Source of the DNA: Bacteroidales bacterium
GTDB taxonomy: Bacteria > Bacteroidota > Bacteroidia > Bacteroidales > UBA1715
Assembly (NCBI GenBank): GCA_045600045.1
Contig: JAZRXD010000051.1
Location: forward strand, 18,740 to 82,739
Direction of reading: 5' to 3'
DNA length: 64,000 nt
The notes under the pieces are model-generated. The model worked only from the letters and a program-made list of their open reading frames with translations. It was not told the origin of the DNA and made no database searches. The translations under genes were made by a program, and so were the position numbers. Shown here piece by piece: positions 48,206-58,310 of this stretch. Position 1 is the stretch's first letter. Each line of letters starts with the position of its first letter.

Positions 48206-49240
48206 ATGAAGAAACTCGAAATAAAAAGTTCTATAGGTGAATCGGACATATATGTGGGCGAATCGCTCGCAAATGTTTCAAACTATTTGCCGAAAAATCG
48301 AAAGATTGCAATCATAACAGATCCGGCCATTCATTCATTGTATGGAAATCAATTTCCTAAAGTTGATTTGGTTATAGAAATTCCTCGTGGCGAAGCAAAT
48401 AAAAGCTTGCAATCGTTGGATGTGATTTTTGAGCAATTGATTGAAAACGAATTCGATAGAACTTCATTTATTTTGGGAATAGGTGGTGGAATAGTGTGCG
48501 ATATGAGTGGATTTATTGCCACGATTTTCATGCGGGGAATTGAATTCGGTTTTGTTTCTACAACATTGTTAAGTCAAGTTGATGCGAGTGTTGGTGGTAA
48601 AAATGGAGTAAATTTCCGAGGTTACAAGAACATGATTGGAACATTCAGTCTTCCCAAATTTGTGATTTGCGAATTGAATATATTGAAATCGTTACCGATG
48701 TCGGAATTGTTGAGCGGTATGGGTGAGGTTGTGAAACATGGGGCGATAGCAAATGAAAAATTATTCTCGTATATAGAAAACAATATTGAAGGTTTGCAAA
48801 ATTATTCACAAGAGGTTTTGGAAACATTTGTATATGAATCGATTGTGATTAAATCAAATGTTGTTAGTTCGGATGTACGCGAATCAGGAGCACGCAGAAT
48901 CTTCAATTTTGGTCATACGTTTGGACACGCTGTCGAAAAAATAACGAAAATGCCTCATGGATTTTCTGTTAGTGTTGGTATGGTGATGGCGGCAAAACTT
49001 TCGGTTTTGAAGGGGAAAATGAGCAAGACAGATTGCGATAGATTGATTGCTTTGTTGAACAAGTTGAATTTGCCAACAACGTGTCAGGTTAATTCCGATG
49101 AGTTGTTGCAAGTAATGAAATGTGACAAAAAACGTGATGGCGATAGTGTACATTTCGTGTATTTGACAGGAATTGGTTCTTGTGAAGTTGAAAAAGTTAC
49201 ATACACAGAATTATCTACCTTGATTAGTGATTTGTGTTAG
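48206..49240 (+). CDS. aroB: 3-dehydroquinate synthase
   Basis: GIGGGIVCDMSGFIA, LSQVDASVGGKNGVNF, FGHTFGHAVE. Start placed at the ATG at 48206 (MKKLEIK). Confidence 0.93.
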   Translation: MKKLEIKSSIGESDIYVGESLANVSNYLPKNRKIAIITDPAIHSLYGNQFPKVDLVIEIPRGEANKSLQSLDVIFEQLIENEFDRTSFILGIGGGIVCDMSGFIATIFMRGIEFGFVSTTLLSQVDASVGGKNGVNFRGYKNMIGTFSLPKFVICELNILKSLPMSELLSGMGEVVKHGAIANEKLFSYIENNIEGLQNYSQEVLETFVYESIVIKSNVVSSDVRESGARRIFNFGHTFGHAVEKITKMPHGFSVSVGMVMAAKLSVLKGKMSKTDCDRLIALLNKLNLPTTCQVNSDELLQVMKCDKKRDGDSVHFVYLTGIGSCEVEKVTYTELSTLISDLC

Positions 49241-49862
49241 CATCATAGAAAAATCCCTTGCGAAAATCATTCAAATCGCAAATTCAGCTGAAATGGCTGA
49301 AATTCGTATTGATTTGTGCGAAATGGACGAAACTTCTGTTGCCGAAGTGTTTCCGAAAATTCAAAAACCGACAATCGCTACTTGTCGTCCGAATTATTGT
49401 GACGATACAAAACGAGCAAGGCTTTTAAAGACTGCGATTTCATTTGGTGCAAAATATGTGGATGTAGAAATTGAATCTTCCGAAATATTCAAGAAAGAAG
49501 TGATGGACTTTGCAAAAAATCATGGTTGCAAGTGCATTATTTCATACCACAATTACGAAAATACTCCGGAATTGTCGGAATTACAGTCAATTGTTGACAC
49601 TTGTTTTACTCAAGGTGCAGATGTGGCAAAAATTGCAACAACAGCAATGAATACAAAAGATAGTGCTCGCATTTTGTCGCTTTATTCAAACTATAGCAAT
49701 TTGGTTGCTTTGGCTATGGGGAAATTGGGAAAAATTACGCGAATTGCAAATTTGCAATTGGGTAGCCCATTTTCGTTCGCGGCAATCGATGAAAATCATG
49801 CAACGGCTGGCGGTCAAATGACTGTTTCTCAAATGCAATTGTTGAACGAACAATTGCAATAA
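49227..49862 (+). CDS. aroD: type I 3-dehydroquinate dehydratase
   Basis: ISYHNYENTP (catalytic His region) and GADVAKIATTA (Schiff-base Lys region). GTG start overlaps the aroB end; the exact start is uncertain. Confidence 0.85.
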   Translation: MICVSIIEKSLAKIIQIANSAEMAEIRIDLCEMDETSVAEVFPKIQKPTIATCRPNYCDDTKRARLLKTAISFGAKYVDVEIESSEIFKKEVMDFAKNHGCKCIISYHNYENTPELSELQSIVDTCFTQGADVAKIATTAMNTKDSARILSLYSNYSNLVALAMGKLGKITRIANLQLGSPFSFAAIDENHATAGGQMTVSQMQLLNEQLQ

Positions 49863-49879
49863 TTTATTTGTTTTTTCAA

Positions 49880-52303
49880 TTAAATCAACATGTTGCTAAT
49901 CGTGAAAACGATAAATGCTGTTATCCAGGCAATTGCAGTAGGATAGAGAATAGAGAATAATACCCAACTTTTTTTTCTTGATTCACTATAAATCGCAGCC
50001 AAAGTCGCCAAACAAGGGAAACAGAGTAGTATAAATACCATTATTGCTAGAGCCGACGCTTTTGTGTAAGTTCCATCTTTCAAAATAGAATCTCCTAATG
50101 CCTTGCTCGTTCCGTCGTCTGTAATTTCGGCGTCGAAAAGAACTCCAAGCGTACTTACAGCAATTTCTTTTGCAGGAATACTTGCTACAATTGCAATACT
50201 TGCTCGCCAATCCAATCCAAGAGGTTTCATTACTGGCTCAAGACATTTCCCGAATTTCCCTAAATAAGAATTTTTTGCATCGATGGTATTAGGAGAGGCT
50301 TGTACCATAATTGTTTCTCCATTTGTGTTGATTTCTTCAACCATAGGTCTTGGATAATAGCTTAGCACCCAAATAACGATAGATGCTCCTAAAATGACTG
50401 TGCCAATTTTCTTTAGATATTGCAAACATTTGTCCCACATGTGTTTAACCACAGCTAGCGCTGTTGGCATTCTGTATGGCGGAAGTTCCATAACAAATGG
50501 GGTTTCATCTTCGCCAAATCTTACGGCTCGTAATAATTTTGCACTCAGAATGGCTGCTACAATGCCCAATACATAAAGACCAATCATTATTGTTGCCGCA
50601 TGGTTCGGAAAAAATGTTCCGGCAAATAAAACATATATTGGTAATCGGGCACTGCACGACATAAATGGTACAACCATCATTGTGATAATTCTGCTACTTC
50701 TGCTTTCAATTGCTCGTGTTGCAAGTATTGCTGGAGCGTTACAACCAAACCCCATCAACATTGGAATGAACGATTTTCCGTGTAAGCCCATTTTGTGCAT
50801 AAAATTGTCCATAATAAATGCTGCACGCGACATATAGCCGGAATCTTCCATCAACGAAATGAAAAGATAAAGAAGAAGGATGTTTGGCACAAATGAACAT
50901 ACTGCGCCAACGCCACCAATAATTCCGTCAACAATAAGGGAACGTAGTGCGTTGTTTGGCATGATTGCATTCAACCAGTTGGAAATTGCCGAAAATCCTG
51001 CATCAATCCAGTCTTGCGGATATGAACCAAGCGTAAATGTAACGTAGAACATTAGCCACATAATTGCAATAAAAAGAGGAAATCCTAACCAGCGATTTGC
51101 CACAAGTTTGTCGATTCTTCTAGTATTGCGGTTTATGTCTTTTTTACCTTCGATAAATGTTTCGTGCAAGGCTCCGGAAATGAATCCGTATTTTGCGTCG
51201 CTAATTGCTGTTTCAACATCAATGTCAAGTTGACGTTGAATGTTCTCTGCCGAATTTTTTGCGATACCTTCCCATTCTAGATAGCTCTCGCATTTTTTTA
51301 GAACATCAATAGCTTCTTTGTCATTCTCAATCATTTTGATGGCCCAATATCGAGCAGGAAATTGTTGAGGTAAATCTTCTGCATTGTGCATTTTTTCACT
51401 GAGAGCGACAATTTCTGGTTCCATCACACTACCATAATTGATGTGGACGTGTCGTGCTTCGCGGTTTTTCCCTTCAAAAAGTTCTATTACGGTGTCAAGT
51501 AGTTTGTCGAGTCCTTGCCCGTTTTTTGCTATTGTCGGAACCATTGGCGTTCCCATCATGGAACCAAGCTTTTCGTAGTCGAGAACGGCACCGCTTGCTG
51601 AAAGTTCGTCGAACATATTTAATGCCACAACAACACGTTGGTTGAGGTCAATCAGTTCGGTTGTTAAATAGAGATTCCGTTCAAGATTTGATGCAACTAC
51701 CGAGTTGATGATAACATCGGGTAGGGTTGTTTGTAAATGTCGGCGGACGTAAATTTCTTCAGGAGAATAAGCCGATAAAGAATACGTTCCTGGCAAGTCG
51801 GTCACGTTAAAGTGATAGCCACGATAGTTGAAGTGTCCGGTTTTAACGTCAACAGTAACGCCACTGTAATTCCCTACGTGTTCGTTGCTTCCGGAAAGAG
51901 CGTTGAATAACGATGTCTTTCCACTATTTGGATTGCCGACAAAGGCAATGTTTATGATGTTTCGTTGAGTAGTTTTGTGCAGATTTGTAAAACATTGAGA
52001 ATTGCAGGCTCCACAATCGCCACAGGCAAAGTAGTTCGGCGCAGTTGCGTCTTCGGCAGACAAATGGGAATCGGCGTCTTCTTCGGAAAGAACGGTGATG
52101 AGTTCAGCTTCGCTTCGACGTAATGAAACATCGTAGCCCATAATTGAATATTTTATAGGATCGTTCATCGGCGCATTGATAACCGAAGTAACTTTTTGTC
52201 CGCGGACAAATCCCATTTCCATGATTCGTTTACGGAAACCACCATGCCCCGAAACTCTGACTATAACGGCTGTTTCGCCGTTTTTCAATTCTGATAGCTT
52301 CAT
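49880..52303 (-). CDS. feoB: fused FeoA-FeoB ferrous iron transporter
   Basis: N-terminal FeoA (MKLSELKNGETAVIVRVSG). G domain GNPNSGKTSLFNAL and DLPGTYSL. Polytopic permease C-terminus. Start placed at the ATG at 52303. Confidence 0.93.
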   Translation of the reverse strand: MKLSELKNGETAVIVRVSGHGGFRKRIMEMGFVRGQKVTSVINAPMNDPIKYSIMGYDVSLRRSEAELITVLSEEDADSHLSAEDATAPNYFACGDCGACNSQCFTNLHKTTQRNIINIAFVGNPNSGKTSLFNALSGSNEHVGNYSGVTVDVKTGHFNYRGYHFNVTDLPGTYSLSAYSPEEIYVRRHLQTTLPDVIINSVVASNLERNLYLTTELIDLNQRVVVALNMFDELSASGAVLDYEKLGSMMGTPMVPTIAKNGQGLDKLLDTVIELFEGKNREARHVHINYGSVMEPEIVALSEKMHNAEDLPQQFPARYWAIKMIENDKEAIDVLKKCESYLEWEGIAKNSAENIQRQLDIDVETAISDAKYGFISGALHETFIEGKKDINRNTRRIDKLVANRWLGFPLFIAIMWLMFYVTFTLGSYPQDWIDAGFSAISNWLNAIMPNNALRSLIVDGIIGGVGAVCSFVPNILLLYLFISLMEDSGYMSRAAFIMDNFMHKMGLHGKSFIPMLMGFGCNAPAILATRAIESRSSRIITMMVVPFMSCSARLPIYVLFAGTFFPNHAATIMIGLYVLGIVAAILSAKLLRAVRFGEDETPFVMELPPYRMPTALAVVKHMWDKCLQYLKKIGTVILGASIVIWVLSYYPRPMVEEINTNGETIMVQASPNTIDAKNSYLGKFGKCLEPVMKPLGLDWRASIAIVASIPAKEIAVSTLGVLFDAEITDDGTSKALGDSILKDGTYTKASALAIMVFILLCFPCLATLAAIYSESRKKSWVLFSILYPTAIAWITAFIVFTISNMLI

Positions 52304-52321
52304 CTGCGTTATTTTACAATA

Positions 52322-52329
52322 CAAACGTA
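52322..52329 (-). promoter_or_regulatory. candidate -7 promoter box for feoAB
   Basis: The minus strand reads TACGTTTG, 18 nt upstream of the ATG. An adjacent TAATGAT on the plus strand resembles a Fur-box half-site. Confidence 0.35.
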
Positions 52330-52428
52330 ATGATTTACATAAAATCCTCAATTACTATTTTATGGATTTTTCCTGTTGTTGTAAAAATTGCTTCGTTATT
52401 TTAATGATTGTTTTCACGGGATAATTTC

Positions 52429-52436
52429 TATTTTTG
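52429..52436 (+). promoter_or_regulatory. candidate -7 promoter box for lpxH
   Basis: TATTTTTG, 18 nt upstream of the ATG at 52455. Confidence 0.4.
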
Positions 52437-52454
52437 CGGATAGAATAGATAATA

Positions 52455-53225
52455 ATGGAAGAATCCAGAAAAATATATTTTGCATCGGATTTTCATTTGG
52501 GATTTCCCAATGACGAGGAAAGTAAAGAACGTGAAGCGACTGTTCTTTCATGGCTGAATGAGATAAAACCGTCGTGTGCGGAATTGTATTTGTTGGGTGA
52601 TATTTTCGATTTTTGGTTTGAATATAAACGTGTCGCTCCGAAAGGATATATTCGGCTTTTAGCAAAATTGGCGGAATTTGTTGACTCGGGTATTCCTGTG
52701 AATATTTTTTCGGGAAACCACGATTTGTGGTATGGAGATTATTTGTCAAAAGAAATTGGCGTAACTATTTATAATGAACCACTTGTCAAAGAATATTTTG
52801 GCTTCAAAATGCTTATTCATCATGGACATGCATTGGGCAACTACGATAAAGGAATGAATTTCTTGCATTGGATTTTTTCCAATCGCTTTTTGCAATGGTG
52901 TTTTAAGTTTGTCCCGGTAAATTGGGCTTTTGGTTTTGCTCATTCGTGGTCTGCGCACAATAGAAACGCAAAAGTGTACGAATCATCGAATTATTTGGGC
53001 GATGACAAGGAATTCTTGTTGATGTATGCAAAAGATGTCTTGAAAACGCAGCACTATGATTATTTTATTTTTGGACATCGTCATGTTGCTGTGGATAAAC
53101 AAGTTGAACCTGGAAGTCGTTATATTAATACAGGAAATTGGATTACAAATTCAACGTATGCGGTTCTTTCGGAAACTGGCGTTGAAGTGAAATCTTTTAA
53201 AGGTGGCGATTTAATCGTCCGTTAA
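52455..53225 (+). CDS. lpxH: UDP-2,3-diacylglucosamine diphosphatase
   Basis: Calcineurin-like metallophosphoesterase motifs FASDFHLG, LLGDIFDFW, GNHD and GHRH, in LpxH-like spacing. Confidence 0.88.
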   Translation: MEESRKIYFASDFHLGFPNDEESKEREATVLSWLNEIKPSCAELYLLGDIFDFWFEYKRVAPKGYIRLLAKLAEFVDSGIPVNIFSGNHDLWYGDYLSKEIGVTIYNEPLVKEYFGFKMLIHHGHALGNYDKGMNFLHWIFSNRFLQWCFKFVPVNWAFGFAHSWSAHNRNAKVYESSNYLGDDKEFLLMYAKDVLKTQHYDYFIFGHRHVAVDKQVEPGSRYINTGNWITNSTYAVLSETGVEVKSFKGGDLIVR

Positions 53226-53833
53226 AAATCAATTGCGAATTTAACTCCCGAAGGAATCGGTGAAGGATTAGAAAATCCAACTGGTGTGTAATAAAATGCT
53301 GGTTGCCAACGCATTGTTAAATCGTCGGAAACGTCGAATTCAAATAAATGAGCTTCGGTGTAAGCTTCAAGAATGTTGATTATATACCAGACTCCTACGC
53401 CGATTATACATAAATCACGGTATTTGCGATAGTAATCTCGTCCTTGTTGTACGCTAACTGGCGAATATCCTTCTTCGCCTCGAACTGTCAAAATCGTATC
53501 TGCTGGTGGAATTAGACCTTGTTCCAAATATGGATTGCGGTAGTTGTTGTAGGCTGTTTTGAACGATTTGTAATAATCTTGATAAAAATAAAGTCCATAT
53601 CCAATTCCTGCAAAACCAGCATAAACTATTGGTGTTTTCCACCACGAACCATTATAAATCTGTCCGGCTCCAGGAATGAATGTGGATAGTAAGGCTGCGG
53701 TTTTAGGCGAATGCTTTTTTATGGTGTCTAATGATCCTTCTGGTAAATCTTGCAAAGCAACAACGCTGTCCGTTTGGGCAACGACGTTGAAACTGAAAAA
53801 ACAAACAAAACAGAAAAAAAGTGCTTTCCGCAT
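53222..53833 (-). CDS. DUF5683 domain protein
   Basis: Signal peptide. LLSTFIPGAGQIYNGSWWKTPIVYAGF is typical of DUF5683, the usual parB neighbour in Bacteroidota. Confidence 0.85.
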   Translation of the reverse strand: MRKALFFCFVCFFSFNVVAQTDSVVALQDLPEGSLDTIKKHSPKTAALLSTFIPGAGQIYNGSWWKTPIVYAGFAGIGYGLYFYQDYYKSFKTAYNNYRNPYLEQGLIPPADTILTVRGEEGYSPVSVQQGRDYYRKYRDLCIIGVGVWYIINILEAYTEAHLFEFDVSDDLTMRWQPAFYYTPVGFSNPSPIPSGVKFAIDF

Positions 53834-53835
53834 TA

Positions 53836-54714
53836 TTAATTGATTTTTTCAAGCAAATTGACAATAGCTTCAAGTTCTTGGGAATTCTTGAATGCAATTG
53901 AAATTTTACCAGAACCTTTTGTTGTAACGTTTAGCGTAACTTTTGCTTTATTCAATTTATTCGAAATCTTGGCTTGAATAGCTTTTTGTTCGTCGGATTT
54001 TGTACTCTTTGGCTTTTTGCTGTCGCTTTTCGCATTGATTTTCTGAACAAGTTCTTCCGTTGCGCGCACCGACAATCCTTTTGCAAGGATTTCAGTATAA
54101 ACTTCACGTTGCTTTTTCTCGTCATTTAGAGAAAGTAAAGCTTTCGCGTGTCCTTCGGAAATCTCGCGGTTGATAAGTCCGTTTTGGATTTCTGGAGGAA
54201 GTTTCAAAAGCCTTAATGAATTGGCAATAGTTGAGTGGCTTTTGCCAACTTTTTTACCTAATTCTTCTTGTGTTAATTTCCCTTCTTCAATTAGTCGTCG
54301 GAATGATTCTGAAGTTTCAATAGGATCAAGGTCAACACGTTGCAGGTTTTCTATAAGTCCCATGACAAGTGTTTCCTGGTCGTCCGCTTTGCGAATGTAT
54401 GCGGGAATTTTGTCTAATCCAACAATTTGCGAAGCTCTGAAACGACGTTCTCCCGAGATGATTTGATAAGAATCAACGCCAGTTTCACGGATTGTGATAG
54501 GTGTGATTATTCCAACTTCTTTTATGGAATTCGCTAATTCCTCAATTTCTTGCTCATCAAATGTTTTTCGAGGTTGGTTGGGATTTGCGGAAATTTTAGA
54601 AATTTCGATTTCCGAAACACCTGCGTGTTTTACTACATTATTGTTGATAGGTGTTTTCGCTCCTCCAAGAAGAGCGTCCAAGCCTTTACCTAATCCTGAT
54701 GGTTTTGCTGCCAT
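53836..54714 (-). CDS. parB: chromosome partitioning protein ParB
   Basis: NPNQPRK, IISGERRFRAS, and HTH QEELGKKVGKSHSTIANSLRLLKL. Confidence 0.95.
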   Translation of the reverse strand: MAAKPSGLGKGLDALLGGAKTPINNNVVKHAGVSEIEISKISANPNQPRKTFDEQEIEELANSIKEVGIITPITIRETGVDSYQIISGERRFRASQIVGLDKIPAYIRKADDQETLVMGLIENLQRVDLDPIETSESFRRLIEEGKLTQEELGKKVGKSHSTIANSLRLLKLPPEIQNGLINREISEGHAKALLSLNDEKKQREVYTEILAKGLSVRATEELVQKINAKSDSKKPKSTKSDEQKAIQAKISNKLNKAKVTLNVTTKGSGKISIAFKNSQELEAIVNLLEKIN

Positions 54715-55502
54715 TATTGTTTCGTTTCTGGTAAGTTGTTTCTACGTAATAATTCTTGTGCAAGATTCAAGTAGTTCTTTGCTCCGATTGAAGTTGCGTC
54801 GTGTGTGATGATTGGTTTTCCAAAACTTGGAGCTTCAGCCAATTTAACGTTTCGTTGGATGATCGTGTCGAAAATCATCGTTTCGAAATGTTTGTGAACT
54901 TCTTCAACAACTTGGTTCGAAAGTTTCAAACGTACATCGTACATTGTGATTAGGAATCCTTCAATTGTAAGTGATGGATTGAAATTGTCTTGTACAAGTT
55001 TGATTGTATTTAAAAGTTGGGTTAAACCTTCAAGTGCAAAATATTCACATTGAATTGCCAAAAGTACGGAATCGGCAGCTGCCAATGCGTTGGAAGTAAG
55101 GATTCCCAACGATGGTGTGCAGTCTATAATAATGAAATCGTAATCGTTGCGAACTTTGTCAATTACACTTTTCAAATACATATTGCGATTTTCGTCATTT
55201 GCCAGTTCAAGTTCCAAACCAACCAAGTCTATGTTTGCAGGAAGAATGTCTAATTTCTCAATTTCTTCGTAGTGATGAATTGCTTCTTTTGGTGTGCATT
55301 TTTCGGCTAAACATTCGTAAATACCCAACATGTTTCCATCGTTAATGTCAATTCCCAATCCGGTTGAAGCATTACCTTGTGGATCGAAGTCAACTATTAA
55401 AACAGAATATTCAAGAACGGCTAAGCTCGCACCTAAGTTTATGCTTGTGGTGGTTTTTCCTACACCGCCTTTTTGATTTGCAACTGCAATTACTTTTCCC
55501 AT
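54714..55502 (-). CDS. parA: chromosome partitioning ATPase ParA/Soj
   Basis: Deviant Walker A NQKGGVGKTT. Start placed at MGKVIAVAN (55502). Confidence 0.95.
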   Translation of the reverse strand: MGKVIAVANQKGGVGKTTTSINLGASLAVLEYSVLIVDFDPQGNASTGLGIDINDGNMLGIYECLAEKCTPKEAIHHYEEIEKLDILPANIDLVGLELELANDENRNMYLKSVIDKVRNDYDFIIIDCTPSLGILTSNALAAADSVLLAIQCEYFALEGLTQLLNTIKLVQDNFNPSLTIEGFLITMYDVRLKLSNQVVEEVHKHFETMIFDTIIQRNVKLAEAPSFGKPIITHDATSIGAKNYLNLAQELLRRNNLPETKQ

Positions 55503-55710
55503 TTTTCTATCTGATTTTCTTTTACTGTCCAAAAATACAAAAAAACTATTCTCTCCTACAATGCCATTTTCTCTACATATAGAAAATCAATCCTAATTTG
55601 TTGATTTATAGTTATTAAAAAGTTATTAACAATCTGCGGAGGGCGAAATGTTGTGTTCAAAAATTCTTCGTTGTGGAAACAATTGTTATTTTTGTCTGGA
55701 AATAAAAAAG

Positions 55711-56871
55711 ATGAAACGTTTTTTATCAATCTTATTCGCAATTTCTTTAGCCATTGGGGCTTTTGCGGAATATAAACCATCAGAAACGGCGGAATTTTCT
55801 GTTTTAGTTTGTTCTCCTGGCGAGGTTATTTATTCGCAGTTTGGCCATGCGGCCATTCGCTTGTGCGATACTGCTCAACGTGTTGATGTTGTTTTTGACT
55901 ATGGCGTGTTCGAGATTGGTGATTTAGTGGAATTCGTTAGTAATTTCATGACGGGAAATATGTACTATCTTTTGGCTACGCGTTCTTTCCGACAAATTTT
56001 GGCAGAGTGCGAATATGAAGGTCGTGGAATTGTTGAATATAAATTGAATCTGACTTTTGAGGAGAAAACCAAGATTTGTAAATTGTTGTTGTGGAATTTG
56101 AAACTGTATAATCAAACGTATCTATATAATTTTTTTGAAGATAACTGCGCTACAAGAATTTATGATGTTCTTGAAAAGGGAATCCCTGATTTGCAATATC
56201 GATATGTTTATAAACCAACAACGTGGCGAGATGTCATTTTTAAATATGCAAACGATAAATCGTGGATTGGTTATGGCATTCAATTAGGACTTGGTTTGCC
56301 TGCCGATACGACAATGTCGCCGAAACAAATGACTTTTTTGCCTGATTATTTGGGTAATTGTATTGAATCATCAACAATCGGAGAACGAAATTTAATAAGT
56401 TCTTCGTCGCAAATAATGGCGGCAACAAAAGTGTTTACGTTGCCGTGGTGGAACAATTCTTTATTGGTGTTATGGATTTTGTTTTTGTTGTTCGTAGCTC
56501 AAACAGTCCGCGAATTTGTGACAAAAAAGCATTGTGTTTGGTGCGATGTTGTACTTTTTGCTTTGGCTGGAATTATAGGTTGTGTGATTTGGTTTATTTC
56601 ATTCGTCAGCATACATTCTTTGGTGTTCCCGAACTTCAATACGATTTGGTTGACGCCAATTCATTTGGTGTTTGCCATTGTCTGGCTGATTCCTGTGTTT
56701 AGACATTGGTCTCGTTGGTATTTTATGTTCACTGCAGTTTGTATATTGATATATGTTGTGATTTCGGCAATCGCAGGTCAATTCATTCCAGCGGCATCGC
56801 TTCCTCTTATGCTGATTTTTATAATGCGTGCATTCGCTGCGTTATATTCTTCACGTTTGAAATTAAGTTGA
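55711..56871 (+). CDS. DUF4105 (Lnb N-terminal periplasmic domain) membrane protein
   Basis: Signal peptide from the ATG at 55711. GHAAIRL and FFEDNCATRIYD motifs. C-terminal multi-TM region. Confidence 0.85.
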   Translation: MKRFLSILFAISLAIGAFAEYKPSETAEFSVLVCSPGEVIYSQFGHAAIRLCDTAQRVDVVFDYGVFEIGDLVEFVSNFMTGNMYYLLATRSFRQILAECEYEGRGIVEYKLNLTFEEKTKICKLLLWNLKLYNQTYLYNFFEDNCATRIYDVLEKGIPDLQYRYVYKPTTWRDVIFKYANDKSWIGYGIQLGLGLPADTTMSPKQMTFLPDYLGNCIESSTIGERNLISSSSQIMAATKVFTLPWWNNSLLVLWILFLLFVAQTVREFVTKKHCVWCDVVLFALAGIIGCVIWFISFVSIHSLVFPNFNTIWLTPIHLVFAIVWLIPVFRHWSRWYFMFTAVCILIYVVISAIAGQFIPAASLPLMLIFIMRAFAALYSSRLKLS

Positions 56872-56971
56872 TCGATATTTCCCGAAATGGAATTGTTCGG
56901 GAATGAAATGCCGATATTCATATTTTTAAAGAAAAAAACAAAAGCCCAATACGTAATTTACGTAATTTACA

Positions 56972-56979
56972 TATTTTTG
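56972..56979 (+). promoter_or_regulatory. candidate -7 promoter box for nhaD
   Basis: TATTTTTG, 34 nt upstream of the ATG at 57014. Directly preceded by a tandem 9-mer (acgtaattt x2). Confidence 0.35.
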
Positions 56980-57013
56980 CGGAAGTGTTAAACATTTAAA
57001 ATAATTAAATAGT

Positions 57014-58306
57014 ATGTACTCAACAATTATGGTTGTGATTTTTGTTCTAGGTTATTTATGTATAGCTTTGGAACATCCAATTAAGGTTGACAAGGCGGCT
57101 TCTGCTTTGTTGATAGGTGTGTTAACTTGGGCTGTGTTCATTTTGTTCAGCGGAACTGATGTGCATGAAGTCGGCGAAGCTTTGAATGAGAATTTGGCTG
57201 AAACTGCTCAAACATTGTTCTTCTTGTTCGCTGCAATGACGATTGTAGAAATCGTTGACCGTCATAATGGTTTCAAAATTATTACAGATAAAATTACAGC
57301 ATCAAGCAAAGTAAAATTGTTGTGGATAATCAGTTTCTTGACATTCTTTATGTCGGCTGTTCTTGATAATTTGACAACTACAATCGTGATTTTGTCGTTG
57401 TTGCGTAAGTTGATCAAGGATCAACCAACACGATGGACATATGCGAGTATAGTTGTTGTTGCTGCAAATGCCGGTGGCGCATGGTCTCCAATCGGCGATG
57501 TTACAACAATCATGTTGTGGATTGGTGGGCAAATTACTGCTGCTAAAATTATTACAGGTATTTTCCTTCCAAGTTTGATTTCTATGATTGTTCCTTTGAT
57601 TATTCTTTCTTTCACTATGAAAGGCGAAATCGAACGTCCAGATGCGGAACAAGAATCAGTTTCAATAACAACTCCAAGAGAACAATTAGCATTATTGATT
57701 TTGGGTGTTAGCTTGTTGTTGTTCGTGCCTGTATTCAAGACAATAACTCACTTGCCTCCGTTTATGGGTATGTTGCTTGGTTTAGGTGTTATGTGGGCAG
57801 TTACTGAATTTATGCACAAAAAGAAATCTGAAGAAATAAAGAAACAATTGACGGTTGTTCACATTCTAAAACGTGTTGAAACACCTACTATATTCTTCTT
57901 CTTGGGTATTTTAACAGCAGTTGGAGCTCTCGGCGCAGCTGGTCAATTAGGATTGCTTTCAGAATGGTTGCGTGATGTAACCGGTGAAAATGTATATGTA
58001 ATTGATAGTATTATCGGTGTTTTGTCGTCAATTATCGACAATGTACCTCTTGTTGCTGCTTCAATGGGTATGTATCCTATCGATCCTTCTTTGGCTGATT
58101 TTGCTGTAGATGGAACATTCTGGCAAATGCTTGCTTACTGTGCTGGTACCGGTGGTTCAATTTTGATTATCGGTTCTGCTGCAGGTGTTGCTGCAATGGG
58201 ATTGGAAAAAATAGATTTCATTTGGTATTTGAAACATATTAGCTGGTTGGCATTAGTTGGTTATTTCGCTGGTGTTGCTGCAATTTATGTTGAATCTTTA
58301 ATCTAA
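57014..58306 (+). CDS. nhaD: NhaD/ArsB-superfamily Na+/H+ antiporter
   Basis: Polytopic protein with LEHPIKVDKAA, FFMSAVLDNLTTT and SIIDNVPLVAA, typical of NhaD. Confidence 0.88.
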   Translation: MYSTIMVVIFVLGYLCIALEHPIKVDKAASALLIGVLTWAVFILFSGTDVHEVGEALNENLAETAQTLFFLFAAMTIVEIVDRHNGFKIITDKITASSKVKLLWIISFLTFFMSAVLDNLTTTIVILSLLRKLIKDQPTRWTYASIVVVAANAGGAWSPIGDVTTIMLWIGGQITAAKIITGIFLPSLISMIVPLIILSFTMKGEIERPDAEQESVSITTPREQLALLILGVSLLLFVPVFKTITHLPPFMGMLLGLGVMWAVTEFMHKKKSEEIKKQLTVVHILKRVETPTIFFFLGILTAVGALGAAGQLGLLSEWLRDVTGENVYVIDSIIGVLSSIIDNVPLVAASMGMYPIDPSLADFAVDGTFWQMLAYCAGTGGSILIIGSAAGVAAMGLEKIDFIWYLKHISWLALVGYFAGVAAIYVESLI

Positions 58307-58310
58307 AATC

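Noticed and set aside
52414-52749. 111-aa minus-strand ORF overlapping lpxH
   Set aside because: It is antisense to a confidently identified lpxH and spans the divergent promoter region, with no motif.
53836-55600. parS site (TGTTTCACGTGAAACA-like) near parAB
   Set aside because: No match was seen in or around parAB. The only nearby fragment (gtttcacgg, about 54483-54491) is incomplete.
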